The translations under genes and the position numbers were made by a program. A stretch of DNA of 64,000 nucleotides from Chrysomallon squamiferum (Eukaryota; Animalia; Mollusca): contig CM022665.1 of assembly GCA_012295275.1 (NCBI GenBank), forward strand, positions 36,642,001 through 36,706,000. Reading direction: 5' to 3'. The notes beneath the pieces are model-generated. The model worked only from the letters and a program-made list of their open reading frames with translations, was not told where the DNA came from and did not search any database. This document shows positions 1 through 15,099 of the stretch, one piece after another. The stretch's first letter is position 1; each line of letters opens with the position of its first letter.

Positions 1-282
1 GTATAGGTGAATGTGCAGTGTGTAAACAAATGATCGATCATTTTGTATGCAACAGATTGTAAATGTTATATAACTCGATTACAGAATTAACGCTTTTTCG
101 GTTTTTGTCGGTACGTGCTATATTATGATGTAGAGCTGAATATATTAATAATTATAGTGATGAGGTCATGATAATGCTGATTATGATGAAGGTGATGATG
201 TTAAAGATTAAGCTCCCTTTTTTGCAGTTAATGTAAAATTTGTCTCTTTTTTATATAATAAAAACAATAATAATAATTATTA

Positions 283-335
<53 letters not shown>

Positions 336-699
336 GATTATAGATTAACCAGACATTTAGTATTCCTCTTGCAAATTTCATTATTAAGAATTCTGTCATA
401 AAATATACTGTAAGAAACAATACTTTTTCTTGTTTTGCATGCCTGTATGTTTGCGTGCCTGAATGTGAACGTGATTCTATATGTGTGCGCGTGTGTGTTA
501 TTATATTTCCTCTCTACATTTTCAGTCCTTTTTTGCATTTCGTTACAATCATTTTTCCAAAACACAGTACAACGAAATTAAAGCATTATACAATATCGCC
601 ACCAATATCATTTTATTATCGTTTGAAAAAAATAAAAAAAATAAACTAATATTTTTTTCTAAGCTGAAAATTGAAAAAAACTAAAATGTAAATAAAAAA

Positions 700-2838
<2,139 letters not shown>

Positions 2839-3127
2839 TCACAAAGCCTGATAATCTGAGAGAAGTTGGCCAACGTCATTTGGCGCAACATTGTTAACGC
2901 CTACCACCCCGGACACATTGTGGCCGTGGTGGTTCACTTGGTTGTTAGGGAGCATGCTCTGAAGAAGGTCGCTAGGCATTGCTTTTTGCAAGTTTGTGTA
3001 GATGGATGATTGTTGTGCATGAGGTGGGGAGTGTTCTTCTATCTTCGTCTGTCCGTTTAGATCTATTTCCTCCTTGATGTCCGTCCGTGGCGATCCCGGG
3101 TCCCCTCCGCCTCCATGGTTACCATCC
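2839..3127 (-). CDS. Six1/2: Six1/2 C-terminal coding exon
   Basis: Polypyrimidine tract + CAG acceptor (3130-3128). Phase matches the upstream donor (AG|G = Arg). Open frame (R)DGNHGGGGDPGSPRTDIKEEIDLNGQTKIEEHSPPHAQQSSIYTNLQKAMPSDLLQSMLPNNQVNHHGHNVSGVVGVNNVAPNDVGQLLSDYQAL* with TGA at 2841-2839. It is a GC-rich island in AT-rich flanks, and the C-terminal DYQAL resembles the YQxL terminus I recall for protostome So proteins. Confidence 0.9.
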
Positions 3128-3230
3128 CTGCTCGGAGAAAAAGGAAAACTGTCAGAACTGCATAAGCAGACGACAGCGAAGGTAGGTATAAGTACAGGGA
3201 GGTAATGATCATGTTAAATGATTGTAAGCA

Positions 3231-3267
<37 letters not shown>

Positions 3268-3824
3268 AACGTTAAATAAGCGAAATAGCAATTTAAAATT
3301 AATAAGCCTCAAACTGATTAAATAAAATATAGAGCAGAAGCATTTATGGCAAACTGTAATTTCTATATTAATAATGAAAACTGTAAAATATTTTTAAGCC
3401 AAATGTTTTTTTTTTTTTTTTTTTTTTTTTTTTTCTTATTCATAAATTATTAAATTAAAAAAAAAAAAAAGGTATGTGTCTGTTTCATTTCTATCCTAAT
3501 TCAAATATGCAGCTTTTTCTATTTAAATTTTTTATTTTTATTTCTAATTTAAATCATTTTAATTTTTTTTTAATAAAATTCAGTACATCATTTTTTCGCA
3601 TTTAAATGTATATGAATAAGTTATGAAATAAAAATTACTGAAAATATTCCATTTCATTCAAAATATAGATATATAATCCAAACAGACCAAAGAAAGAGAA
3701 AAAGATTATAAGGAAATGTTTTCAGAAACCAATGAAAAAGTTAACAAAATTAATCTTTGAAATAATCACTTTAAAAATAATAATAATAAGAAGAAATATT
3801 AATTTGCATACAATTTATGCAAAT

Positions 3825-3860
<36 letters not shown>

Positions 3861-4133
3861 TTTTTTTTTTTTTTTGTTTTTCTGGGGGGTTTTAAATTTG
3901 TGATCAGATTTACTTAACTTTCTGTGAATATGATTTAGTTTTAAAATAAATATTCAAGATTACTTTTAAAATACAACAGTTAGAAATTAATACGATTTTT
4001 TAACCACACACACAACCCCCCCCCCCCCCAAAAAACCAAATATCCTTAGGTAAAAAAATAATCTGTTTAGCTTGTAAATTGTAATATTCGTTTTTCATTA
4101 TTAAAATTATCATCTAATAAATAAAATTTAAAA

Positions 4134-4184
<51 letters not shown>

Positions 4185-4499
4185 ATGAATCAAACTCATA
4201 TTAAATAAACTAATGCATTAATACTAATAAAAAATGTATATGTAACGATAAAAGATAAGGTACATTTAATCTTCGTGAAAAGCTGTAGCCGATACAAATG
4301 AGCAGCAGATGAGAAGCGATTGATGTTGGTGAACGATGGGGATATAATGATATGTTATCTTAAGCTGTTATTTAAATGTGTAAATGAAGTTTTGGTTAAT
4401 CGATTTATCCGTAAAAAAAGAAGTGGATGATAAAAAAAAAAAAAAAAAATTAACAATCTTAGAATTAATTCAAGAAATCATTATGATGATTATGATGAT

Positions 4500-4613
4500 G
4501 ATGATGATTATGTTGAAATAATAATAATAATAATAATCATAACAACAACAACAAAAATAACAATTCTATCAACATAAATAACAATAAATATTCATTGTCT
4601 ATTATTATTATTA

Positions 4614-4677
<64 letters not shown>

Positions 4678-4690
4678 GTTATTGTTATTA
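4500..4690. repeat. Compound (GAT/AAT/CAA)n and (TAT)n microsatellites
   Basis: Directly visible trinucleotide runs. Confidence 0.9.
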
Positions 4691-5458
4691 CTTAAGAAAA
4701 CATGTCGATCTAATACTCAGTTTACAACTTTATTTAATTGAATCATGACGTGACCCGTATAAAAGTGTAGTATGACATGGCCATTTATTATAAAAGCCAC
4801 GTGATTTTACACTGACCAATGAGGTTAACACAAAGGAAATCAAAATAATACGTTCTAAAATTTAAGCATAATTATGAAACATCAATGAACATTTTCTTCA
4901 AAACAAAAACAAATGAATCGATTAAGTAACTAAGATATATCTTTATATATAATTAGCTGATGGTAAATTCTTATAATGGTTTAATTTATTTTTCTATAAT
5001 ATTGAAGAATAACAGGTTATAATTATTTTAATTATATTTTATTTTATTTCTTTATTATTTCAATTTTATCTTATTTAATCTTATTTTTTATTTTCTGTTT
5101 GTTTGTTTATTTATTTATTTACTTATTTATTCATTGCTTTTTTATGTTTTTTTATTTTAATATTAATAAGCGCACGACAGCAACTATAGAATAATAATAA
5201 TAATATAAATAAGTAAATAAATAAACAAACAAACAAATACACAAACAAAAAGACACAGTAACAACAATAATACTAACGACTTTAACTAAAACGAACTGCA
5301 TTCAAAAGACCTTGCATTCTTATAATTTGACAGAAAGAATTGCTAAGGAAATATTTACAATATTTTCCGTGACGGTATTTGATTACTATTTAGCGGCTTT
5401 AGTAATTTGATACCTGTCTTAGCCAAAGTGGGTTGACAGTTTCTGGACATGCGCACAT

Positions 5459-5501
<43 letters not shown>

Positions 5502-6591
5502 TAGAACTAGGTACTGTAATTTCTGTGTGTTACCGCTGTACCGTGAATGTTTTGTGTTTCACTGAAATCATTGTATTAGTCACTGCAGGCTGATATCAGG
5601 GGCGGTTCAAAAAGGGATAAAACTGTTTCATGTTTTATTAGTGATCCGATACGTATGTAAAAATAACAGAAATGGGAGTGGTTATTCCTTTTCTGAAGAC
5701 GTTTATGTTTTTACTTGAAAATGCGCAAGTTACGAGAATGAATTGTGTGGACGAAAATAAAATGAATAAATTGCTGATATAAATCACAATATATCTGTAT
5801 AACAAACATGCAAAAAAAAAAAAAAAAAAAAAAAAAATGAAAAGAAAAGAGAAAAAAAAGAGAGGAAAATTAAAATTAAATAAATAAAATTATAAATAAA
5901 AAAGAATGTTGGAAATAATAATAATAATAATAATAATAACAACAACAACAATAGCAATAATAATAATAATGACGATGATGATAACATAAATAATATAAAA
6001 TCAGTTAAATAAAAATCAAGTATTTTTAAGGTGTTTTTATTTCATTAAATATTTTTATTTATTTATTTATTTGTTTGTTTGTTTGTTTGTTTATTTATTA
6101 AGATTCTGCATTGTTATTAATAAATATACATTAATAAATAAACATTATTATTATTATTATCATTACTGCTATTACTATTATTACTACTACTACGACTACT
6201 ATTATCATTATTATCATTATTATTATTATTATTATTATTATTTCTCTTGCGGCTGTAAACTACTGCTGTTATACTGTTATTTATTTATTTATTTATTTAT
6301 TTTTTATTTATTTTAATCTCCATCACACTATATTTTGCATTATTAATAACATTACGCTGTAATTTATTTATGTTCTTGTTTTTATTCTAAATTATTAATA
6401 ATTATTCTTTTATTATGGAATGTTTTTCTGCCATATGTTCGGATTTTCCTGTTGTTACCAACACACTGTGTGTAACTTAATATGTGGGCGTGTTTATAAA
6501 TAAAACATTACTTGAAGATTGCGTGTTAAGGAAATATCATGAAGAAGTATTGTTTCTGAAAAGAGATTTGTTGAAAACAACACTGCGATTG

Positions 6592-6657
<66 letters not shown>

Positions 6658-7089
6658 GAAAGAAATTTTTTTTTTCCAAAAACAAATAAATAAATAAGGT
6701 TAAAACAAATAATTAAGAATAATAATATATAAAAAAATAAATAAATATAAACACAAACAAAAAGCGCAATAAAAACAAAATTGAAATCCAAAATATTTAA
6801 TTTATAAAGTTCTAACATCAGAATTATTCATTATGGTACTGTTAAATATTTTTTTAAATTTATTTCCAGTTCTTCTATCAATATTAATATATTTTCTGTT
6901 CTCTTTCTAGTTCAGTTATAAAAATACTTTGAAATATTAAATTATGTCGATTAAATTCATGTTCTTGTAATATGTGTGTGTGTATGTATTTATATATATA
7001 TATAAATTTGTCTAAATAAATTAAAATAATTATGATATATCTTTTACTGACTAATTAATATTTTTGAATAGTATATTTCTTTTGCAATA

Positions 7090-7157
7090 TAATGAATCCT
7101 AATAATAATCTTAATAATAATAATAATGATGATGATAATAATAATGATAACAATAAC

Positions 7158-7202
<45 letters not shown>

Positions 7203-7504
7203 AATAATGATGATAATAATAATAATAAAATAATAATGTCAACAACAACATTTTTAAAGAAATTCAGCTATTATTAGTTTATTTGTTTGAGAATTTTCTT
7301 ACGTTATTTATAGCATTATTATTTCCAGTAACTAATAAATTTTCATTTAGAAAATCTTTATTTTTATTTACAGAGTTATACAATTTATTGTTATTTCATA
7401 TAACGACAACTATTGTTATTACTAACAATTATTATTATTATTACTATTACTACTACTATTATTTTTATTATTATTATTACTACTATTACTACTACTACTA
7501 CTAC

Positions 7505-7555
<51 letters not shown>

Positions 7556-7580
7556 CACTAATACTATTATTATTATTACA
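7090..7580. repeat. Compound (AAT/GAT)n and (TAT/TAC)n microsatellites
   Basis: Directly visible; source of poly-N/poly-Y/poly-I ORFs. Confidence 0.9.
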
Positions 7581-7679
7581 GTATGTCCTCACATTAATAT
7601 TCCCTTTGTCAGAAAGAAACAAAAACAAAAACAAATTCATGTGAATTTGAAATTTCGAAAATGCGTTCAGAAACGAAAT

Positions 7680-7945
7680 ATCAAATTTACTAATTAATTA
7701 CAGTGCAGTCATTTTGCAGTGTCAAGGAATAACCAATAATGTGCGAGGTGACTGCGTTATTTCATTTACTGCAAACGCGTGCACGGCGAGGGGTAGACAT
7801 CTCGTCGTGCAACTCTCAAGGGAAAACAAACCACTGCCCGCTGTTAGTTACTCCACTAATGCAATTCGGCATTGTTACCCTTCAAATAAGTCCAGATTAT
7901 CCACACCAACTGCAGGGAATTACCAGTTTTCGAAAGAATGAAAGG
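7680..7945. promoter_or_regulatory. Intronic GC-rich non-coding island (candidate enhancer)
   Basis: High-complexity CpG-containing block between simple repeats; TAATTAATTA and EBF/COE-like TCTCAAGGGA (7814-7823); no convincing coding frame. Confidence 0.4.
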
Positions 7946-7946
7946 G

Positions 7947-7998
<52 letters not shown>

Positions 7999-9253
7999 AG
8001 ATGCAGTATTTTGACAACTTCTTAAAAGATGTGTTAAGTATGTGTGAAGTGTGTTGATTTCGTAAAGAAATTGACAACAGAGTTTGAAAGAAAAGGTGTG
8101 AAAGATGCAGTCTTATCTACACTGATCTTTTGTTTAAAATTATTTACATTTAGAGCTGAACGCGATCGCGATCGAGCGCGCACACACACACACACACACA
8201 CACGAAAAAAACACAGAAAAAGACACACAAAGAGAAAGCGGGGGAGAGTGATACAGAGATACAGACGAAGAGAAATACTCAAATACAATAGACACACATT
8301 CATAAAAAATAAAACTTCTCAGATTCAATTATAATATATTAAAATAAATATTTCTTTTTAATGGTAAAGACATTTCTAAAAGAAATAAAAATGTTTAAAA
8401 AGTTTTATAATTTTATAAAGATTTCCATAAATATATATTTTCTTCTAGTCATTATATTAATTTATTTTTAGTTCAAATTGAAATATAAAATTAAATATAG
8501 TTCAGTGTTTAATGTATTCATGTATCCATATCACTGACATAAAAACGACTATTATAATGAACGCTTCATTTTACAAAGGGCATTTTGCATTTTCTGTGTA
8601 GTTCCCATGGTGAAGATCTAGTATTAAAGCTATTTTATACACGCGAAACCACTAAGCACCGCTGTAATGAAAAACAAACAAGCTAGTCTGTACTACGTAA
8701 TAAAATAAAACAGACTTGAAAAAGCCGAGAGAATTTGTAAATCTTACTTAATCACGCTCAAGTAACGTTAAGACTTCTTTTTTCACCCTAATTATACATT
8801 ATCTGATTTTTATTTTGTTTATCTCAAATTTTAATTTTATTATTTCTTTCTTTTTTCTCTCTATTTCTTTATTTCTGTATTTTTTATTTTGCTTAATATA
8901 TATTTTTTTAGATGCATACATACATACAAGCGTACATACATGCACAGATACATACATACATACACACATATTATATATATATATATTATATATATTATAA
9001 AAATGTCATATGTAGGTATCGATTAAGGTATAATTACGTATGCGCATGTATAAATTTATTATTAGTTTTTATGAATACGTGGATTTTTCTCTCTGGATTT
9101 TTATAACTGTATTAAAAATGAATGCAGAATTTTACCAGAATTTTCCACTTTCTTTAAATAACAAACCACAACAGCTCTTCAGTGATGGAAATGTTTTGAA
9201 TTTGTCTTAAATCAAGTCTATAAAGTCTTGATAATAAGCCCAGCAATGTGCGA

Positions 9254-9284
<31 letters not shown>

Positions 9285-10453
9285 ATACACACACATACAA
9301 ATACACACACATATGTTTGTGTGTGTGTATTTTACGTGTGTGTGTGTTGTTTATTCATAGCAAGAGTGCAATGACCTTCTAAACCAATCAGTTCATTTTT
9401 TTTTCCCAAGTTGCTATTTGTCAGTTTCAATTAATTTTTTTTCAAGCACATATACAAATTAATAAATGTAATATTTAGTAATAATTAAAAAAAAAAATAA
9501 TAATAATAAAATAATTAAATAAATAACTATATGCATTACAAATGCAAAATAAGTATGAAAATAGTTAAGATATATAAAATTAATATTTAAACGATTTCCT
9601 ATTTACATGTATTGTTTATGTTCTTCACGGTGGTGGTAACTTCACAAAGAATATTTTATTTCGACATTATTATACCAACATTAAAAAAAGAAGATTGTTC
9701 TATGTAAAGCCTAATTTACACTAAAACATTTAAAATAAATAAATAAACAAATAAATAAATAAATAAATAAATAAACAAACAGACAAACAAACAAGCATAT
9801 CTATAATTATTTTCCATGATGAACAAACCAGAGCAGATGAATATTTACTGTTATATTTCTTTCAGTATTGTTATCGTCGTTTTAATTCGTTATTTATCGT
9901 CATCATCAACATTTTAATATATAAATATATAAACATTTCAAAGCTGTTGCGCCTATTTCTTTCAAAATTAATCTTTAAAAAAAATAAAAAATAATTTTTA
10001 AAAATTTCGTTTTTCTTCTTTCTTTCTCTTGTTTTTTTTTTTTTTTTTTTTTTTTTTCATTTTCCATTACAAAGAAAAACACAGTAGGAAAATCATTAAA
10101 ATTTTACCAAGTAAAACATTAATTCTCTCACAAATAGGTCATTACATGTTATATTTCCACACCGTTATTCCTGGCTATGCTCACACGCATGGCATGGTTA
10201 GGTCACGTTACTGCCTGTTTGTATATCTGACACCTAAGTATAGCGTGTGAACTTATATTCGAGGTGTATTGATCAAAGTCACACAAAAAAGACATGCTTG
10301 AATGTATGTCAGGAAAAATTGCAAACACCAGATGGTTTGTATTGTTTGTTTATTGATGGGAATAAAAATAAACTAATTATTGTGTGCTGTTTATAAGAAA
10401 TTATCTCCTGAAACTGGAAATATATGTGATTTTTAAAACAGAAATTTAATTCC

Positions 10454-10489
<36 letters not shown>

Positions 10490-11373
10490 GTTGTTGTTGT
10501 TGTTGTTGTTGTTGGGTGCACCGCGTTCAATTCGTATGTTTTGTAAATAAAATATGTAAAGAGTCAGCTGTGTGAATATGTAATGTTTTCATGTAATTAA
10601 AATACTGTTTATAGTGAAAATAATTTCACCGAGTTTATTAAGCTCTTTTAAGATTTATACGTTTATTGTTATTTTATTCTATTTTATTCTATTTTGGTTT
10701 TATTTATTTTTTATTATTATTATTTTTTTTTACAAATAATTTCTTGCTATAGTTTATTTATCTAATTATTTTATGTTGTTTCTTATTTTATTTATTAATA
10801 TATATATTTTATTATTATCCATTTGTATTTTTAATTTATAAATATTTTATACTGAAATTAATTTATCATTTAAAAAAAATAAATAAATTTTATATTTTAT
10901 TTTTTCTTAGTTTGATCTAAATGACAAAATAAAAATATGGAAAAAATAGTAAGAACTAAAAATAAATATTGATGAATTATAAATGAATGTACATATAATA
11001 GCAAATATAATTAATTAGGTTATATCATCATCATGCTCATCATCATCATCATCATCATATTATTATTATTATTATTATTATTATATCAGAAAATTTGAAA
11101 AGTAAATTTCTACATTTATTTTTAAAACGTTGTATATGATCAAGATCTTACGTTTTCAGTACAAAACAATTAAACACTCTTAACACTAACAGTCGGTAGT
11201 ACGTAAATTATATGACAATATTAACAATAACACACCTATGCATTACTTAGTGAGCATAGTAAGATCGTGGCCTACATTTTTCTGACGTCATTGTTACAAC
11301 AACTTGACCTATTTTAACTGTAGCATGTTTTTAAAACATTTGTTTATTTATTTTTTCATTTAGCCGTGTCTCA

Positions 11374-12087
<714 letters not shown>

Positions 12088-12089
12088 TT

Positions 12090-12430
12090 ACTATAAACTG
12101 AGCAGTATCGTTTTACACAACTGACATGGCACCGTGGCCTAGTGCTTGCCACTCATTGGCTGGCTTTGGCGACCCCGTGGATATATCGTTAAACACACAA
12201 TGCCCGTGAAAATATATCGCCATGGCAACAACGTCAATCAGTGAAACCCGATCCGGGCAGAGGCGTCTACTTTTGAACAGATGAAAAAGCCCCACGTCAA
12301 GAAAGATTGATAGAGACTGTTGCCCGTGATCCATACTGAGAAGAATGGTGATTATACAGATAGACATGCACTACAATCAGGTCGGAGTCAGGGTGGGGCT
12401 GTGCAGGGGGAGTTCAGGGATGGAGGGTTA
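12090..12430 (-). promoter_or_regulatory. Probable proximal promoter of Six1/2
   Basis: Two initiator-like TCAGTT (12101-12096, 12124-12119), NF-Y-type AGCCAATGAG (~12161-12152), X-box-like ATCGCCATGGCAAC (12216-12229), TGATTGAC (12240-12233), Six-type TCGGGTTTC (12251-12243). GC-rich relative to flanks. Confidence 0.55.
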
Positions 12431-13204
12431 AGAAATATTAACTGTCTTTATTTTAGTTTTATTTTTTTTTTTTTTAAATTAATGATAGAAATTTAATTTT
12501 ATCTGATCTAGGTGACATACATATAAAAAAAAAAATGAAGAAAGAAAAATTAAAATGAATGCCGATGAGTCATATATGGATGATAATTTTAAAATAATTT
12601 TTCAGTGTTATAATTATTTATTTATTTTATTTTATTATTATTGTTGTTGTTGTTATTGTTATTTATTTATTTATTTATTTATTGTATTTTATTTATTTAT
12701 TTTATTTATTTTTTTCTTTCTTTCTTAGTAAAAAGCAAAAGATATAAAATATAAAATTATTAATATACAACCTAATATTATTCAGGAAAGCTTGCAACAA
12801 ACTGTAATATAATTTATTTGTTTTTCACAGAAAAGAACTGAATTAAATTAAAACATTCTATTTAAATTAAATGTATTTAAGTCTAATAACATAAAGTAAG
12901 CGTATATTTTTATTCTTTTTTTTTTACACTTAATTCTTTAATCTACTTAACATGTGCATTAAATAAAATTAATAATAATAATTAAAATAAAATTAATAAT
13001 AATAATAAATAGTAATAATAATAAATAATAATAATAAATGATAATAATAATGAATTAACAAATGAGTAAATCATATTAGTGATAAAATTAAATGATTTCC
13101 ACTTACTTTAATATATTGGTCGGTTATTATCTGTGATAAAATTCTAAATAAAATCAAAATACTTAATTTTCATTAGCATTATGAAAACTCATATAAAATT
13201 ATGT

Positions 13205-13350
13205 TTGTGGGTAGTTTTCCCAAAATCATCCCTTTAAGAAAGTATCACAGACATTATACGAGTATGAAAAATTATATCTCACTTTTAAAAGCCATCACAC
13301 CAAGAGTTTTCTAAATATAATCCGTTTATAATATTGTGATTGCATGTGCG

Positions 13351-13394
<44 letters not shown>

Positions 13395-13502
13395 ATGTAT
13401 GTATATTATATATAAATTTACAATACAAAATGTTTTCTAAATATATATCATCCTTTTAAAAAAATAACATCACAATAGCAGGAGGGCAATAAAATTTGAC
13501 AA

Positions 13503-13552
<50 letters not shown>

Positions 13553-14170
13553 AAACAACTTCTCTATACTGATGGTTTTCCCGATATCATCCCTTTAAGA
13601 AAATAACATTTACGTGGGTGCATTTAAATATTACAAATTACATTAAGTTTACAAAAAACACCAAAAAACATAATGAAAGAAAAAAAAGAAGTATATATAT
13701 ATAGACACACACACACATACAAAAAAACAACAACACCAAACCCCCCCCCAGTGTACAAATCGTTTTCCAGATATCATGCACTAGATCAAAATACCACAGT
13801 TATTACATAAATGCACGTGATAAATTACATCACATTTCTTCAACAAAAAAACAACTTAAAAAAAACAATATTCAATCTTTTTTTAAAAATAAAAAATTAT
13901 TGTACAAATGGTTTCCGCAATATCAGCTCTAGAATAAAATACCAGAGTATTACATGCGTGTATGACAAATTGTATCACGGTTTTCTTTTTCTGTTATTGT
14001 TGTTGTTGTTCTTCTTCTTTTTTTCTTTTTCTTTATTTCTTTTTGTTGTTTTTTTTAAATTACTGTACAAATGGTTTTCCTAATATCACCCCCTAGAAGA
14101 AAATAGCAGTGTTATTACACGAGTGCACATAAACACTAATATGAATAACACATCTGTGACAAATTCTTAC
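13205..14170. repeat. Degenerate spaced repeat array (~80-bp unit, 6-7 copies)
   Basis: Recurrent TGTACAAATGGTTTTCC-NN-ATATCATCCC..AGAAAATA..ACAG.TATTACA units near 13211, 13424, 13566, 13752, 13901, 14064, separated by unrelated microsatellite-containing spacers. Confidence 0.85.
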
Positions 14171-14758
14171 TTTTATACTGAGTTCACTTTTAAAAGTGTT
14201 TTATCAATACATGCTCAACACAGCCCTTTTTTTCCTCCGTGCTCCTTTTGATGTTCTTACATGCGTGAAATGAAATTGAACCCACGTATTAAACATTTCG
14301 TTTTCAATTGAAATTTTCCTCTTTTTTTTAATTGAGTGGAACAGACTCTTCTGTGTTCAAAGGTTAAGGACATTAAAAAAAGTGAATGGAAATGAATTTC
14401 TACACAGCTAAAGAGAGATGTTTTTCCACACTCCAAACAGTGAATAATTGAGCGACGCTAATTTGTCTCTTATAATGGACATAATGTAAACCATGGGATG
14501 GTTTATAGAAGTGGTAAAAAAATTTCGTATTATATGTTTAAGACCTGGATTAACTTGAAAACTGTTAAAACTCAAAGAACCTAGTGAACTCCGTATTTGG
14601 TTAACGTTGTAAGAGATTTTATTATAACGAGAGGCTGAAAGAAAGTTGTATTTTATTTTCTGAAAGAGGCTGAGAGATTTTTTGATAATTATCTGTGATG
14701 GCGCAAATAGATATAAACGGGTATAGATGTCTGTAATGTTAATGACTGTCGTGCATAT

Positions 14759-14789
<31 letters not shown>

Positions 14790-15099
14790 AATATCAGATG
14801 CATATAGGTAGGTAGGCAGGTAGGTAGATAGACAGATATGTACATAGTTTTGTATGAAAGTGTAAACAAGTATATTTGTGTGTTTGAGATAATATGAATC
14901 TAAGTATACATAAGTTTATACGTTTTGATATTATACTTTCAAAATTTACATAACAGCTACTTAAAACAATTATGGGATTCACTTATTACATTCTTAGTGT
15001 AATTATAATTATCACCATTATTCTCGTTCACAAAATAAACAATAATAAATAGGTAATAATGATGATAATAATAATGAAACAATTAGGAAACATGAAAAT

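Noticed and set aside
13205-14170. CRISPR array (repeat-spacer appearance)
   Set aside because: Eukaryotic context, no cas genes, units are ~80 bp and highly diverged, and spacers are variable-length microsatellites.
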